DNA of 63,995 nucleotides, filler included, from Porpidia crustulata (Eukaryota): NCBI GenBank assembly GCA_964255105.1. It is 7 parts of 7 records of this genome, joined end to end, with 100 filler letters (N's around TTAATTAATTAA, not from the genome) between each part and the next. Parts side by side here need not be neighbours in the genome. Positions count along the whole stretch, not along the records: positions 9,301 to 18,495 come from CAXUWE010000977.1; positions 18,596 to 27,772 come from CAXUWE010000978.1; 5 more parts are not named here. One strand, 5' to 3'. The notes below the pieces were generated by a model that did no database searches, was not told the DNA's origin, and worked only from the letters and a program-made list of their open reading frames with translations. This document shows, one piece after another, positions 13,312 through 26,461 of the stretch (positions are counted from its first letter, which is position 1; each line of letters opens with the position of its first letter). A program made the position numbers and the translations under genes.

Positions 13312-13819
13312 GACTCGGCGGCGCACCTTCGACTGGCATGATCAGGGCGTCGATGCACAGAAATGTCCTTGAGAGGCGTTGGAGATGCGTTGAGCAAGTT
13401 GTAGGTTTTCATACAAAGCCATTGAGAGCTTGACTGAGAGCTTTGATTTAAATCAACCAACTCCAATCCTGGATTCGCGAAAGAAGTACATTTGAATTGT
13501 TGTAGTGGGAGAGCCATTGGTTCTACCGGTTATGACGGCTTTGTGATTAGTACTCTATTCGGTGCTTAAGTTTTCCATCCCGAGGGTAAGCTCAAAGGTC
13601 AAGCTAACGGGGACGTCATCGAGACCCGGTTTCATTAGTGTAGGAGGTTTGTGAGAAGTTTCTATCGCTCGTCAGCACATGGCTTGAAAGGTAAAAGTGG
13701 CCATTGCTTTGGCCGACGTTCTAGCAAATATATGATCTGCGATCATAGCATTCTAAAGAGGCCGTACTCAATCTTCGTTGTGAATATAAATTGAAAGAGT
13801 AAGGTGTTGGATACCACGC

Positions 13820-15540
13820 TAGTCTAGCGCCGTACTATCTATGCAGCTAGAAACCACTAAGGTACCGTACTTGGAACGCATCATATGGTTTTCCCAGATC
13901 AACACGTTGATAAACAAGTAAGCGAAGATGATAAACAGTGTAGCCATGTCAGGGCACCAGCCAGCTCCAACCCGAGCAATACACGATGGAACAAAGAATG
14001 GCGATGTCAGAGCGAACGCGACACTAGGAAGAACTACGATAGCAGCAATCCCGGACGCATTATCCGGGAGGCACTCAATAGTGTAGATTGTCGTGACAGG
14101 TACAATGGCAGTAGATCACCAGATGAGGTAGCGCTGATGACTCAACCGGAACCTAGCCCTAGATAATGCAGGTGACCCTCCAGGGCGGTGTCAGAGTCAG
14201 AGATGCCGAGACCTGCCGGGAGAATGATGAGTCCTGGGACTGGGAGCCATAGGCCGTGAAGATTATATTGGGATCAGATGCCGCCATAGCCGTATGGCTG
14301 GACTAGAATGACTCCCGAGAGGTAACAGGTTGGGACTATTGATTGGCTAAACCTCATAATTGGAATGATGTACTCGGACGACTAGGCTTACATGTAGCGT
14401 CTGCATCCGCTTAAAGCCACATCCGCCATCCATGCGGTGGAGCCTTCAAAACCATTGTCAGCAGAATATTGTTGAATGCAGTAAAGCCAAATTAGACGAA
14501 GGTAAACCCTCCGGAGAGGATTATTACTGGACAGGCCTCGATAACGACGGATGGTTTGAATAAAGGAAGCTATTCCTTGTCAGAACAAAGATACACAGTA
14601 AAGATATCCAGACCTGCTATTTCCTCCATAGAGACCCATGGAACAACCCTATCGCCAAAGGAGTATCACACTTTATTGGTTATCCAACTATCCGCGAGAT
14701 TTGATGCCTTGTGAAGGAGTGCAGCCTCTTCTAGTAAGCAAAGCGCTAACAAGATAATGAGAGCTTTCTATGCATTGCTACACCAGAGCTATACTAGCCA
14801 CACTATAGTCGCGATCGTGATACTGCTAAGCAAAGGTCCTATCACAAATTAAATAGTCACGTAACGTTCAAGACTTCCAAAGCTTTGCCAAGTTAATAAC
14901 GGAAAAAGATGTCAACGAGGGCACCAGTGCCGAGATTACAGGATTATCGGTGAAAAAACCCTCAAAAATTGTGAAGAACGCGGAAGGCGTAGTATTGATT
15001 TGAAGCTGTCATGTAAGCCGACGAACCCCAGTCGTGAGTAGGCCAACCATGGACAAGAAGAAGACAAAACCCTGGCCTTAGCGTTGAGTCAGAGATACGA
15101 CGACTAGAGTTTCGACTGCTATAACGGCAGTCATAGCAACCACCTGGATGTTTCGGCGGTTAGCAATGGCAATAAAAATGATACCTAGATTCTGAGCCGG
15201 AAGAAAATCATAGGCCATCCAGAGAGGTAAGAAGGATATGGCCCACCGTGTATGCCATAGCAATCGGCTCATCGAGGCCATAGGTTTGGGCCTTAACGAA
15301 GGAACCAAGGGTGTTTCCAAGCCCGGAAGCAGTACCTGAGATTGAGCCTAGAGACTAGATGGGAGTGGTGAGAACCGACCGATGAATGAATCACGAGGGT
15401 CATCAGAGGGTCGTGGAGTTGACATAATTCTAGAGGCTAATGTTTGAAGTCTCTGGTACGTTTCGGCTATCTTCATATGCTTCGAACTCCTCTCGATGGA
15501 GTTTTTGATGGAGCTCGATTCCATGCTGTGAGGTTGCATA
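13820..15540 (-). pseudogene. Heavily degenerate MFS transporter (HOL1-like) pseudogene
   Basis: Manual minus-strand translation gives collinear relics: PRPSDDPRD; FFLSMVGLL..SAYMT..NQY..F; VDIFF.Y*LGKA; GGI*SQYNLHGLWLP..GLIILPAGLGI..ALEGHLHY; VPVTTIYTIECLP; PFFVPSCIARVGAGW. Many stops and frameshifts. Ends are approximate. Confidence 0.65.
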
Positions 15541-17178
15541 AGGTAGTGAAGAGTGTTACACACGGGAAGAATCAACAATTGGGATGAGTTGTATCAGATT
15601 GAGAATTTTCCCGGCCACCTATACCTTGGTCTCAGTAATCATGAACGTATGTCAATATGCGGATAATGAATTCAAATATCGGAGATATCACATAATTTCG
15701 GAACCCAATAAAAATGCGCTCAACGTACCCTTTACCATCGACAACGAAATTTGGTATTTAATCATAACTAAAAGCATTCATCCAAAGGAGAGAAGCTAGC
15801 TGCTATCCAGCTTTGGCAGGAACAAGCTGACAGTAATATACCGGACATTCGCTGAGTCCGCCATCCCCTACCGGCCCATCCCAAGAGTTCCGTGGGTGAA
15901 GTGGTACGCAATGATCCATGGGCGTACTGCAAAATGCATTGGACCTGGCTCATTATCAAGCTCTCCGGCATGTGAGAGATCGTAGCTGTGATTGCTAAGG
16001 ATGAAATATTGGTGAAAATAGAAACCATATAGGTATATTGTTCATTGCACTTTCTCTCGTCAAAGTCAAATCAATGAAAGACTTGAATGTGATCGCGTGC
16101 AAGACCTATCAAGAATACACAGGTAGGGCATCCGGTCTATCAAAATCGGACGAAAATACTCAGTGGTTGCCTGTAATGACTACAATTACGATATCGCTGG
16201 ATGTCTGGGAATTTCTCTTTGGGGTGACTTCGATCAATTTCCTTCGAGATCACGGAATGGCCTTTGAGCTCGATTGGCCGTACCCATGGATTCTTAAAAC
16301 CACATCTTCCACTGCGAAGTCTACGAAGGCTAAAGAATTGTTGAGCGCTACTGGGCGCTTCTCTAAGCGCTTGATGGACGATGATTTGCTTCGTCAGTCA
16401 TGGAAGGTATCATTATCCGTACATCCCATTCTCGCGGGTGTATAGATGAAGCGCCGACGATGAAGGACGTGAAGTATCCAGAGTAAGACATCAATAGCCG
16501 AGTTGATCTGGTTACAGAGATGAACTTACCGTTCCTTGCAACCGATACTTGCGTCATGGGTGGCAGGTAAGATGAATGACTTAGGGTAGGTAGGTAGGTG
16601 GTGAAAGTGAATATGTCGTATCTTCGATAACAGCCTCAGTGATTGGAAGAATAATCCTGTCAGTACAAGTACGTCTACGGGTGGGGTGCATTAACGTCAA
16701 GTGATCAAGCGATCGAGCGACTCATGTAAGGGGTATACCTTAGATCCTCGATCTACGGATGCACAGGTTAGAGATCGATCAAGGATCGGAGGGCGGGTAG
16801 GTAGGTTGGTAGTACGATCAGATTCCAAACACAAATACAATCAACTGTGACGGGCCGAAGGGAACTTCATGCAACACACGGTGTTATGCTTTATCAAGTG
16901 ACCTAGCAGGTACTTTCTACTCGCTGTGGTTTGGTGGGAGTGAGCGAGTATCTTTCCTGATCCGACACTAAAGTCTGTTTGTCAATTCATCGTTACAGTT
17001 TCGCTAACCAAGGTGTGCTAGGCCAAGTGGAGGTTGTATAATTAGTTCACCTTACCTTTCTTCCCTCCTGCTAATTCAACTGTAAAGCATCCTTTTAGTT
17101 CTGCATCCTACACTCCATACTTGAGAATTTATCATCTATACTTGTCAACCCTGACATTGGCACGGGTTGGTGGTTATT

Positions 17179-18495
17179 ATGGAGCCAATCAACTTCGGAC
17201 TGACCCCTATGAAGCTGTTGGCTTTCCTGTGTCTCACGTTTACAACAGTAAGTCTTCTATCGTACCTCGAGCATCTACGGCTGAAATTATTAGTATCTCG
17301 TTGGTTCTATTCTTTACAATCTCTTCGTCAGTCCTCTTGCCAAGTTTCCTGGACCAAAGATTTGGGCATGCTCCCGCCTCCCTTATCTACAAACACTCAG
17401 GAAGGGTGATTTAGCACATCGCCTCAGAGAACTCCATGATCAGTATGGTTGTACAGTCCGTATTGCTCCTGATGAGTTATCTTTCACTAGTCCAAAAGCA
17501 TTCAGAGATATATATGGCCTCTTGCCCGGTCGTAAGGAACTTCCCAAGAACCCTATCTGGATAAGGCCCATGGTCAATGGTGTTCACTCCATCCATAGTG
17601 CCAGCAACTTGGATCACGCGCGTATCCGTCGATTGCTTTCTCACGCCTTTACTGACAAGGCTCTCCGACAACAAGAACCTATCCTGCAATCGTACGTCGA
17701 TCTCTTGATCTATCGCCTCGAAGAAAAGATTCGTGCTTCGGCTTCTTCAACGGTGGCAATTGATATCGGCAAGTGGTTCAACTTTACCACTTTCGACATT
17801 ACAGGAGACCTGACCTTTGGTGAATCTTTCCACTGCCTTGAAGAGTCCAATTACCATCCTTGGATGTCCATGCTTATCTCCAGCTTCAAAGTCGCTGCTC
17901 TGTACACATCCTGCAAGTATCTTCCGGGTGCGGAGCGACTGATGCGTCTAGCGTTACCCAAAAGCGTGATTCGCAAGCGGCAAGATCACTTTAACATGAG
18001 CAAAGTCAAGATTGACCGTAGGCTCGGGCAGAGTGGAACGGACCAGAGGACCAATGACTTTATGACGTACGTCCTTCGCTACAACAACGAAAAGGGCATG
18101 ACTGTGCCGGAGATCGAAGCAACCGTGCCATTTCTAGTCTTGGCGGGAAGCGAGACCACCGCTACCACGCTTGGCTGCATTATCAATTGTTTGGTGAATG
18201 ATCCGGATATACTTCAGACACTAGTCGCGGAGATTCGACATGCTTTCGGAAGCCGAGCGGATATCACCTTTGACAATATCAACAAGCTTCCTTATCTCGC
18301 AGCTGTTATTGACGAAGGCCTTCGTATCTGTGCGCCCGTGGCTCTTGGTTCACCTCGTATGGTACCAGCTGGTGGTGGTACTGTTGATAGACACTGGCTC
18401 CCTGGCGGCGTAAGTTTCCTATTTCTCAGGCCACCAGTCTTTCTATCTTCTTTTCACCCACAATCACCTACTCTCAGTCCTCCATACCATCCATT
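17179..18495 (+). CDS. Cytochrome P450, CYP65-like (Tri11/AvnA-type); 3' end truncated at the contig end
   Basis: N-terminal TM exon, then PLAKFPGP, VRIAPDELSF, FNFTTFDITGDLTFGESF, I-helix AGSETT and K-helix EGLR. The heme-binding Cys region lies beyond the gap. Confidence 0.9.
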
Positions 18496-18595
18496 NNNNN
18501 NNNNNNNNNNNNNNNNNNNNNNNNNNNNNNNNNNNNNNNTTAATTAATTAANNNNNNNNNNNNNNNNNNNNNNNNNNNNNNNNNNNNNNNNNNNN
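18496..18595. other. Artificial contig linker
   Basis: N44-TTAATTAATTAA-N44. Confidence 0.98.
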
Positions 18596-19695
18596 GTACA
18601 GAATACGAGTGCGTTTGAACGTAGTTGAACGTGGATGTAAACTTGGGATTGAAGTCGGAACCGAAAAGTGAAAGGGGCACGGATCGATAGAAGATCCTAT
18701 ATATGTAGAATTGGAATTATAAGACCAAGCGCAGTGAGAGCGTGGGTGATCTTCGAACATGCCATGAACCACACCTTTCCAACTCCATGGTCGAAGAACC
18801 CGTACTGCAATCGGCATCACAGGGCTCAAACAATGCCTATCGAGGCTATGAGAGCACGAGATTCCTTTGGCTCACAGGACAGAACAAGCGACTAAAATTC
18901 GCTGCAAATACCAGATCGTGACTTGCACGTTGGGAAATCCCACGACCTACGACTAAAGTGGAACGTCCTGGAACGCCAAGGCGCACAGGATTTGCAGATC
19001 ATTCCGAGGCGTAGCTGCGCATGCTGCAGATGGAGCAAAATCCTGGTCTGGAAGGATTTTGAAGCGAGTTGCGAGTTTTGAGCAGGCACAAGGCGCAGCT
19101 GTAGAACTGATATAGAATAGGAATTGTGTTGAAGGTAGATGGTTGGGTGATGGAGATACTTGAAAATTGCTTCGAAGGATTAATCGGCCAATGAAATGCT
19201 GGTCCTATTACAAGTAATTATTGACGTGACAGCCCGCTAGCTTCGGCTGTCCTTTGCATGGATTCCAACACGCTTCAAGGTTAGAAGTCAGACCTTCGCT
19301 CTTTCAATGGCGAACACAAGTGATAGACGCTTGAGAACCTCATCAAGAGTCAGTGTAAGCTGCTACCAACGCCCAAGGAAACAGCCTGCCCGGGGTTTAC
19401 AAGGCAGATCTCCGCTGTATCAGTTTGATTTCATGTGGCTCTGATCTATGCATGTTCGTATCTTCTGGCAATTCTATTGGGAGTTGGGCAACAACAAGCG
19501 TCTCAAATGGCAAATTCTAGTGTATGCTGGTTTTTTAAATCCATGAGCCTCAGAAGAATCGTAGACAAGTAGATGGTGAGCCTATTTCTATGGCAGACGT
19601 CCGTACTCTTTGGGTATTCTCTCATTACCATCTAAACGCCGCCGTATTTACATTCCTAGCTAATCATACATCCCGGATGCTCGCAAAGTACGAGT

Positions 19696-22013
19696 CTAAA
19701 ATTCTTGGTTCTGTTTCAACCCAGAAGCCAGCCGCTTATAATCTCTAAGTAGCTCCGCTACTTCGCTGAGCCTCAGTTCTCCTGCGTTTGTTACGTCCAA
19801 GAATTTCTGGATTGGGGGAGAGAGTTTTTCTGCTTGGTTTTGAGGTTCTCTAGCCTTTGTTACAGTTCCTTGGTCGCTATTGCTGGTCTTGGATGGCTCC
19901 AACGGTTTGGTTTCCACGCTCGTAGATGATGTGCTCCGACCAAAACCTCGCATCACATTCATCCCAGCGAAGCGGTTCAAGGGGTTCAAAGTGTTGCCCA
20001 GGCTTCGCATAGATTCAACGGCCATATTCGCGGCTTGAGCAGTGTCATGTTGCATTGCAGACACTTGACTCGGTGATCCAGCCTTCTCCTTCGTATGATT
20101 GACTTCCGCTGCGAATGCCACTCGTCTCCCACTGCCTGAACTTTGGACGCTGTCCGTGCTTCTGTCTCGAAGCGGCTGCTTGCGGCCAGCAAAGACACTA
20201 AGCAGCGTATCATCGGCCGAGCTCTTGCCTTCCAGCAGTTGTTCTCGTGGCTCTTCAGCCGGACTTTCAATTATGTTGTCCTCATCTTCGTCTTCAGGCT
20301 TTGGGTCGACTAATTTTCTAGCATCTTCCAGGGTCAATAATTCGCCATTACCTGTTATTTGCTGTTCCTTTAACCGGCCAAAAAGAAACTTAAAGCTAGT
20401 GTCAAGAGTGTTACCAATATTCTTGAATCCTTGGTCGGCAGTCGTCCGCACGGCATCGCTGGCAGCGCCAAGAGCGCTTACAGGAGGCTGGAACAGATTA
20501 CTTAGACGCCGTTGATGAGATGGAGATGCAAGAGGTCTGGGAGACTGGAGAAGATGCGAAAACGCAGGAGGGCTGGAATAGCTAGAGGTCTCTGAAGTCT
20601 GGGCTACTTCTGATGGTATTGTGCCTGCAGAAGTTGCTCTTAAGTCCCAATCTGGGCGGGTCTCTGTACGTGGTGTTGATGGACGACTTGAAGACTTGGG
20701 CGGGCCCTCAAGAAGCTCATTATCCCGAAGGGTGGCAAGATCCACGGTTTCTAGAAACGTAATCGCCGCTTCTAAGTTCGTTAGGCAGTACGCAGATTCG
20801 CCGTCTATCTTGGCTGCGGCTCTAAATCTTTGGGTGAAATGCAAGTTGCTTATTACGTTGATCCCTTCTGGCGGTGTTGTGATAAGTGTATATATCAGGG
20901 TCGGTAATATTTCATCAGCAGATGAAGATGATTGATGCAAGTCTGTGAGAAAATCTACGATGCATTTGTGAGCGGAAGCTAGGTGCTGCAGCTTCCCCAA
21001 TGGGCATTTCGCCTCATTCATCTTCAACAAGCCTTCTCGCGCCTTGGATATCCAATCCTCAATCTGCAACTGCACCTTGTCTGCAGAGCCTTCGCTGGTT
21101 GATTGGGATGGGTCAATGTGGATGCCAAGGTCTTGTAATCCGATGCCAACCAGGGCTAGTGCAGCAGTCCTTGAACGAAGCTTTTCATCTCTCACTTCAT
21201 CAAGAGTACTTCTGTGCTGCCAGATACGACCGTACACTCTTTCACAGACACGTCTTTCGACCGCTTCTTCGAGGGCTAGCTTCTTCCGCTGAAGCAGTCT
21301 TCTCGCTCTTCTACGTTCAGAGATTTCATCCGGTGTCAGCATTTGTTGCTCCGAGGCTCTATCCACCGAGTTGAGAGTGTCTCTAGATGACATAGAACGG
21401 GGTCTCTTTGCCTCTTTACTTGTGATGGATGGTTGCGGAGATGTAGTAGAATGTGGGTATATGCCTCGGTACTGCAAACTTGAGAGAGCATTGATATGGG
21501 TAGCAATGTGTGATTCAGCTTTCACATAGAAGTCTTGAAAATAGCCCGAGAGTCTATCGATTGAGGGCGGTGTGCTGTGTACTTTAGCCCCTAACGAATC
21601 AATGAATCTGATTGTAATTGGTGTCAGCCTTTACACGATTAAAACAGCAGTATAAATTCTTACCTATCTATGAGACTAATGAGCTCAATGGGTAACTCGT
21701 CAAACCCCTCGGGAAGCTCTTGATCCTGAGGGGAGAGTGGATCGGCATTTCGAGCAGACCCATCTCTATCACCACTTGATGTGGCCTGTTCGAACACACT
21801 CCCTTTTTGTTGCAGGCTGCTCCCGGTCTGAGCTTGATTTTCAGCATCGGGGTTTATGGCCTCCGCTATGCTCCCGTTTTCTGATGTGCTTGATCTGCTT
21901 TGAGTAAGAGGACTTGACCGTGACGGCTCAAGGCGCGAGAAGGATTTAGAGATGTGGAGGGTTTGAGGGCGAGGTCCAGGACCACGGTCTGCGATTGTCA
22001 CGGAGGATGACAT
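19696..22013 (-). CDS. VPS9-domain Rab5 GEF (Muk1-like); one intron at about 21610-21663
   Basis: VPS9 signature SSADEILPTLIY and GESAYCLTNLEAAITFL. Exon 1 ends ELPIELISLIDR and joins FIDSL. Confidence 0.85.
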
Positions 22014-22491
22014 CGTCACAAATGTACCCCGAATTAATCGACTGATAGACCTATGGGAAGTGCCCTCTAATTGTCTGAAAATACAGAATATGTCCAAGGT
22101 TTTCGCGTGTCTTGGAAATCGGTGAAGCAAGGTACTATCGGGAGATGGTCTATTCAAATTAGGGTATCATGAGTAGGTATGATACAAAACACATCATCTG
22201 GACCCAGCCCATGATGCTCGAAATCACGGCGACAAGTGTGTTCCCTCAACGAAGGGCTGCAGTGTGTGCTATGCGGCTAGTCAGGGGATAGATAGGTAGA
22301 TACATAATACATGAATACATAGCTGCCAGTGCTGCCTTGGGAGGATTGAATGACGCGCCGTGATTTGCCGCGCCTTGCCCCGCCAACCACATGAACAAAG
22401 CCATCTGTCGCCGTCACCATATTCTTATTGTTGACGAGTATAATTTTCTGAGGTTTTTACCAGCCTTCTACTCTCTATCAAACCTCAAGTG

Positions 22492-24373
22492 ATGATCTTA
22501 CGACGAATCCTACCCCAGAACTCTCCCTCGGCGGGTAGAGTAATTGCAGCCCTACTGTTATCCTTCGTTGCGGTATCATCAACGATAGCCTCCTCGGCAT
22601 CATGGCGCGATGGCTGGATATATGGGCCCAAACAAATCCCGTTGAGCCTCCTCCAACCTCCGAAGCCCCTAGAATCGAAGAAACCTCCGCAGCAACTAAG
22701 TCGAGAGCATGACTTTACACTCCGACACGTCTTCCACCACGGCACTCATCTATATCCAAATCTACACGCACGACTTGATATACGCCCTGGGGACAAAGTT
22801 TGGATCGAGGCAGAAGGAGAGGGCCGAAGAACACCATCCAGTAGCCTCCGTGCGAGATCAAGAAAGACAAATATACAAAGGTTGTCAGACCGTAGGGCTG
22901 TAGTCGTCCAGTCTTTAGTTGAGACAGCTCGTCTTACGGGCGTCCCGTCTACTCCACCTCTCTCGGCATGGACCTTGGACGAGATCGCAGGCCCCAATGT
23001 TGCAGACAAAGAGACAGTGCTCACCTTGGCTCGTATGGCAGGCAATGCATACACTATGGAACCTGGAACCGGCGAATGGCAGGATGTAAATGGAGGCTTC
23101 AATCATTCCCAGAGCCTCGGATGGGAAGGCGACGGCTTACGTGGTCATATATTTGCGGATGCAGATAACTCGACCATCGTGGTAGCACTCAAGGGTACTT
23201 CACCGGCGGTTTTCGACGGAGCCGAGACGACATCGAATGACAAGGAAAACGACAATCTCTTCGCTAGCTGTTGCTGCGGTCAGGGCGGTCACTATTTATG
23301 GCGCCAAGTCTGCGACTGCCAGTCTTCAGCCTTCACATGCAATACAACTTGCTTGGTTAAGGCCTTGAAGATGAAGAATCGCTATTATCAGGCTTCTTTG
23401 GAGCTTTATGGCAACATCACGGCCCTTTATCCCAACTCCAATATATGGCTGTCAGGTCACTCGCTTGGTGGCGCAGTCAGCAGTCTGTTGGGCCTTAGCT
23501 ATGGCTTGCCTGTTACAACTTTCGAAGCTTACGGCGAGGCGCTTGCTGCTGCACGACTGGGAATCCCATCTCCGCCAAGCTCACATCCAAGTGCCCCACA
23601 AACAAGACAAGATACCGCCATTTACCACTTTGGTCATACAGCTGATCCCATTTTCATGGGAACTTGCAACGCGGCCACTTCTGGCTGCACTTTGGGCGGC
23701 TACGCTCTTGAAAGTCAATGCCATCTAGGCAAAATATGTGTTTACGACACTGTGAGTGACAAAAGTTGGCGAGTAGGGATTGGGAACCACAAGATCTGGT
23801 ATGTAATCAAAGATGTTATTGAGGCGTACGAGGAAGTAGCTCCATGCGTGTCCGACTCTGAATGTGTGGATTGTTTCAATTGGAAGTATTTCGAGGGCAA
23901 CGGGTCAGACCCAATTACATCGACAACAAGTAGCATTTCTACCTCTTCGGCACAAACTAGGACAACGACTTGCAAGACGCCTGGATGGTGGGGTAAGTCA
24001 TTGGTCGTCCTTTAGGATAATGCTCAGAGCTATTTTGCTGACTTCTATAGGCTGCCTGGACGAGACCACTACTACCTCTACGGGCACTTCGTCTTCCAGT
24101 TCGACTTCCGTCACAACTACTTCGAGTTCTACGGTAACTTGTCACAGTTACGGGTGGTTTGGCGGATGCTTAGATCCCACGACGACCACCCAAACCAGTA
24201 CAAATGCTACTCCCTCTATTACCGGGACTATCAAGTCGACACTGGCAAGCGCACAACCTACTTCATCCGTGTGTGAGCGCCACTGGTGGCACTGGGGTCG
24301 ATGTGGAAGCCAGGCTTCAATGCCAAAGACGCATTCCATAACCTCGCCGCCTATGGCAGCATCAACGGCATGA
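22492..24373 (+). CDS. ATG15: Autophagy-related vacuolar lipase Atg15; one intron at about 23993-24050
   Basis: [30 protein letters not shown], lipase motif GHSLGG and [14 protein letters not shown]. Thr-rich tail with C..GWWGC repeats. Confidence 0.92.
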
Positions 24374-25114
24374 TTATAACTTATGTGGAGTTACGGATCG
24401 CGTTTGAGGAAGATTGTCTATGTTGGTTCGGCTTTTGCTATGATTTTGCCCTCCCGAAACGCCAACTTCGAGGATAAGTTCCTCATAAGACGGGAACATA
24501 TGAACATGACGGGACGGCGTTTGAGGTATAATACCACACATACGATAGTCAGTTTGCATCTTGGCCATGATACTCAAGCATCTATGTTTTGGGCGTATTC
24601 GTAGCATCAGCGGCATTGCAGGATGGGGGGATAAGACTCGTCACTGGATTTCATTTTTGATGGCGAACACATATGACAAATGGACTTTCCATCACGTCAC
24701 CTCGTCTGTGGGCATTCATAGTTCTGATATTCGCCTTTCTTCTCATCATTCACATTTCCAGAGGTTCACATTTGTCTCCTTGGCAACTTCCGTTTCGGAA
24801 GGATAGTCCGTTTTTGAGTGACTTGTTGTCTTCCAATTCATCTCGCTTCATCCATTCATCAAGTTCATCTGGTGAATGATGGGACCAGTTCACTTCTGCC
24901 ACGCTCATGAATGAAGGTAGAATTGTCGAGGGTGGCTCACAACTACGCGTGTCAGGAGAACATTTACATATACTCTGTCTCTCGTATATTGCCCTTCTCC
25001 CCTTTCCATATACTATCTACCTCTCAAACCCATTAATAGTCAAATACCTTACAACCTTCTCCCGAACCATAGGAGACCTTGAGGATAACGATCCTTCTCC
25101 CAAGGACTCCTGCC

Positions 25115-26461
25115 ATGGATACTTCCGGTCGGCTTCTGCCAGAATCTCCCTACGAACCCAACGCACCTGCCTCGACCTCAGGGGCCACGGCAGACTTCAA
25201 GCCTCTAAACTGGGGCCCAGAAGCAGATACATGTCTGATGACACTTTACAAGAGGACTCCAGTATTTGACATCAAATATTTCAAGAGTCTCATCCCCTCC
25301 ATCAGCCAAGACTCTTACGACCTGCTGTTCCTGGAGAGTCGCCTCGGGAAGCTTCTCGGGCCCTTGGCTCCCGGGTTGGAACCAGCTACGAAGACGAAGC
25401 CGAGCACTGCAGCTCCGAACTACCTCCATAGGACGTGGCTATTGCTTGAACAGAAGGATGGCCGATACAAACACTTAAGTTGTGTAAAGTGCACCACGAC
25501 TCCAGTTGCAATCTACAGGAATGTCAAGACCCAGCATCTGAGATGTGGCCACTGTGGGAACATGGACTGGAGATTCCCTCCCGGAAATGTCAACTCCAGT
25601 CCCAATGGTAGCACCCCACCCGGGAGTCTAGTAGATCGGGGAATAGTCCAGCAATGTGCGGAATCGCGGACGCAATGTCTATCTGCGGAGGGGAGAACCC
25701 AGCAGGGGACCGGCGGATATCTAGCCTTGGGGGAGCCACCAGTTGTGGACCTGGATGGTGTCTCGACGCGCACCCCCCTTGATATGCCAGAGCATTGGAA
25801 CGTCTTCGCCGACATGGCCCTCAAGAAGACGTATTCTACCAATCCGAAGCAATTCAACATCAATGCCTTCAAGAAAAGAATCCATGAGTCGTTCCATGGA
25901 CCGGCCAATTTATGCATCCATCCAGACTCTTATGACTTCGGCTTCCTCCACGAACGCCTGGACCGGCTTATTGGCCCCTGTGTCTGTCGGTGGAGCCAAG
26001 AAGATCGTGCGAAGCTGACCCGTGAACATGAACCATCATTCTTCCATAGAGAATGGAACGCCCTGAAAGTTGATCAGCTTGGCCACCGTCTTTACTGCAC
26101 CCGTTGTGGAGTGACGCCGCCACTCATTAGTCAGAACGAGAAGTTCAAGGAATTCTATCGGTGTGGTGCGTGTGGGAACTCGGCAATCAGCCGGATGCCC
26201 ACCGATGAAGCATACTCTGAGTATTTGAACCACATCATGCAAGGCATCAACTGCATCCTAGGCAAGCGGAAGGCGGCAGGATTACCGGAGTTCTCTACGG
26301 GGGACGTTCAAGCTACCGTTCGGAAACGGATGCGCGTTTTCGAGCAGAATCGGGTCGATAAGCCACAAGCGGTGCAAGAGTCTGACCAAGCTGGTGAGCA
26401 AGAGGTTGCAGGAGTCACAATGGATTCAGTACAGAGACCGGCAGGAGACGGCAGGATTTAG
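25115..26461 (+). CDS. Hypothetical intronless protein with two tandem helical + C4 zinc-ribbon modules
   Basis: 448-aa ORF from the first ATG. Internal duplication with conserved W..AD..L...Y, DSYD..FL..RL..L.GP, HR.W and CxxC-x17/18-RCGxCGN. Basic KRK/RKRMR tail. Confidence 0.7.
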   Translation: MDTSGRLLPESPYEPNAPASTSGATADFKPLNWGPEADTCLMTLYKRTPVFDIKYFKSLIPSISQDSYDLLFLESRLGKLLGPLAPGLEPATKTKPSTAAPNYLHRTWLLLEQKDGRYKHLSCVKCTTTPVAIYRNVKTQHLRCGHCGNMDWRFPPGNVNSSPNGSTPPGSLVDRGIVQQCAESRTQCLSAEGRTQQGTGGYLALGEPPVVDLDGVSTRTPLDMPEHWNVFADMALKKTYSTNPKQFNINAFKKRIHESFHGPANLCIHPDSYDFGFLHERLDRLIGPCVCRWSQEDRAKLTREHEPSFFHREWNALKVDQLGHRLYCTRCGVTPPLISQNEKFKEFYRCGACGNSAISRMPTDEAYSEYLNHIMQGINCILGKRKAAGLPEFSTGDVQATVRKRMRVFEQNRVDKPQAVQESDQAGEQEVAGVTMDSVQRPAGDGRI

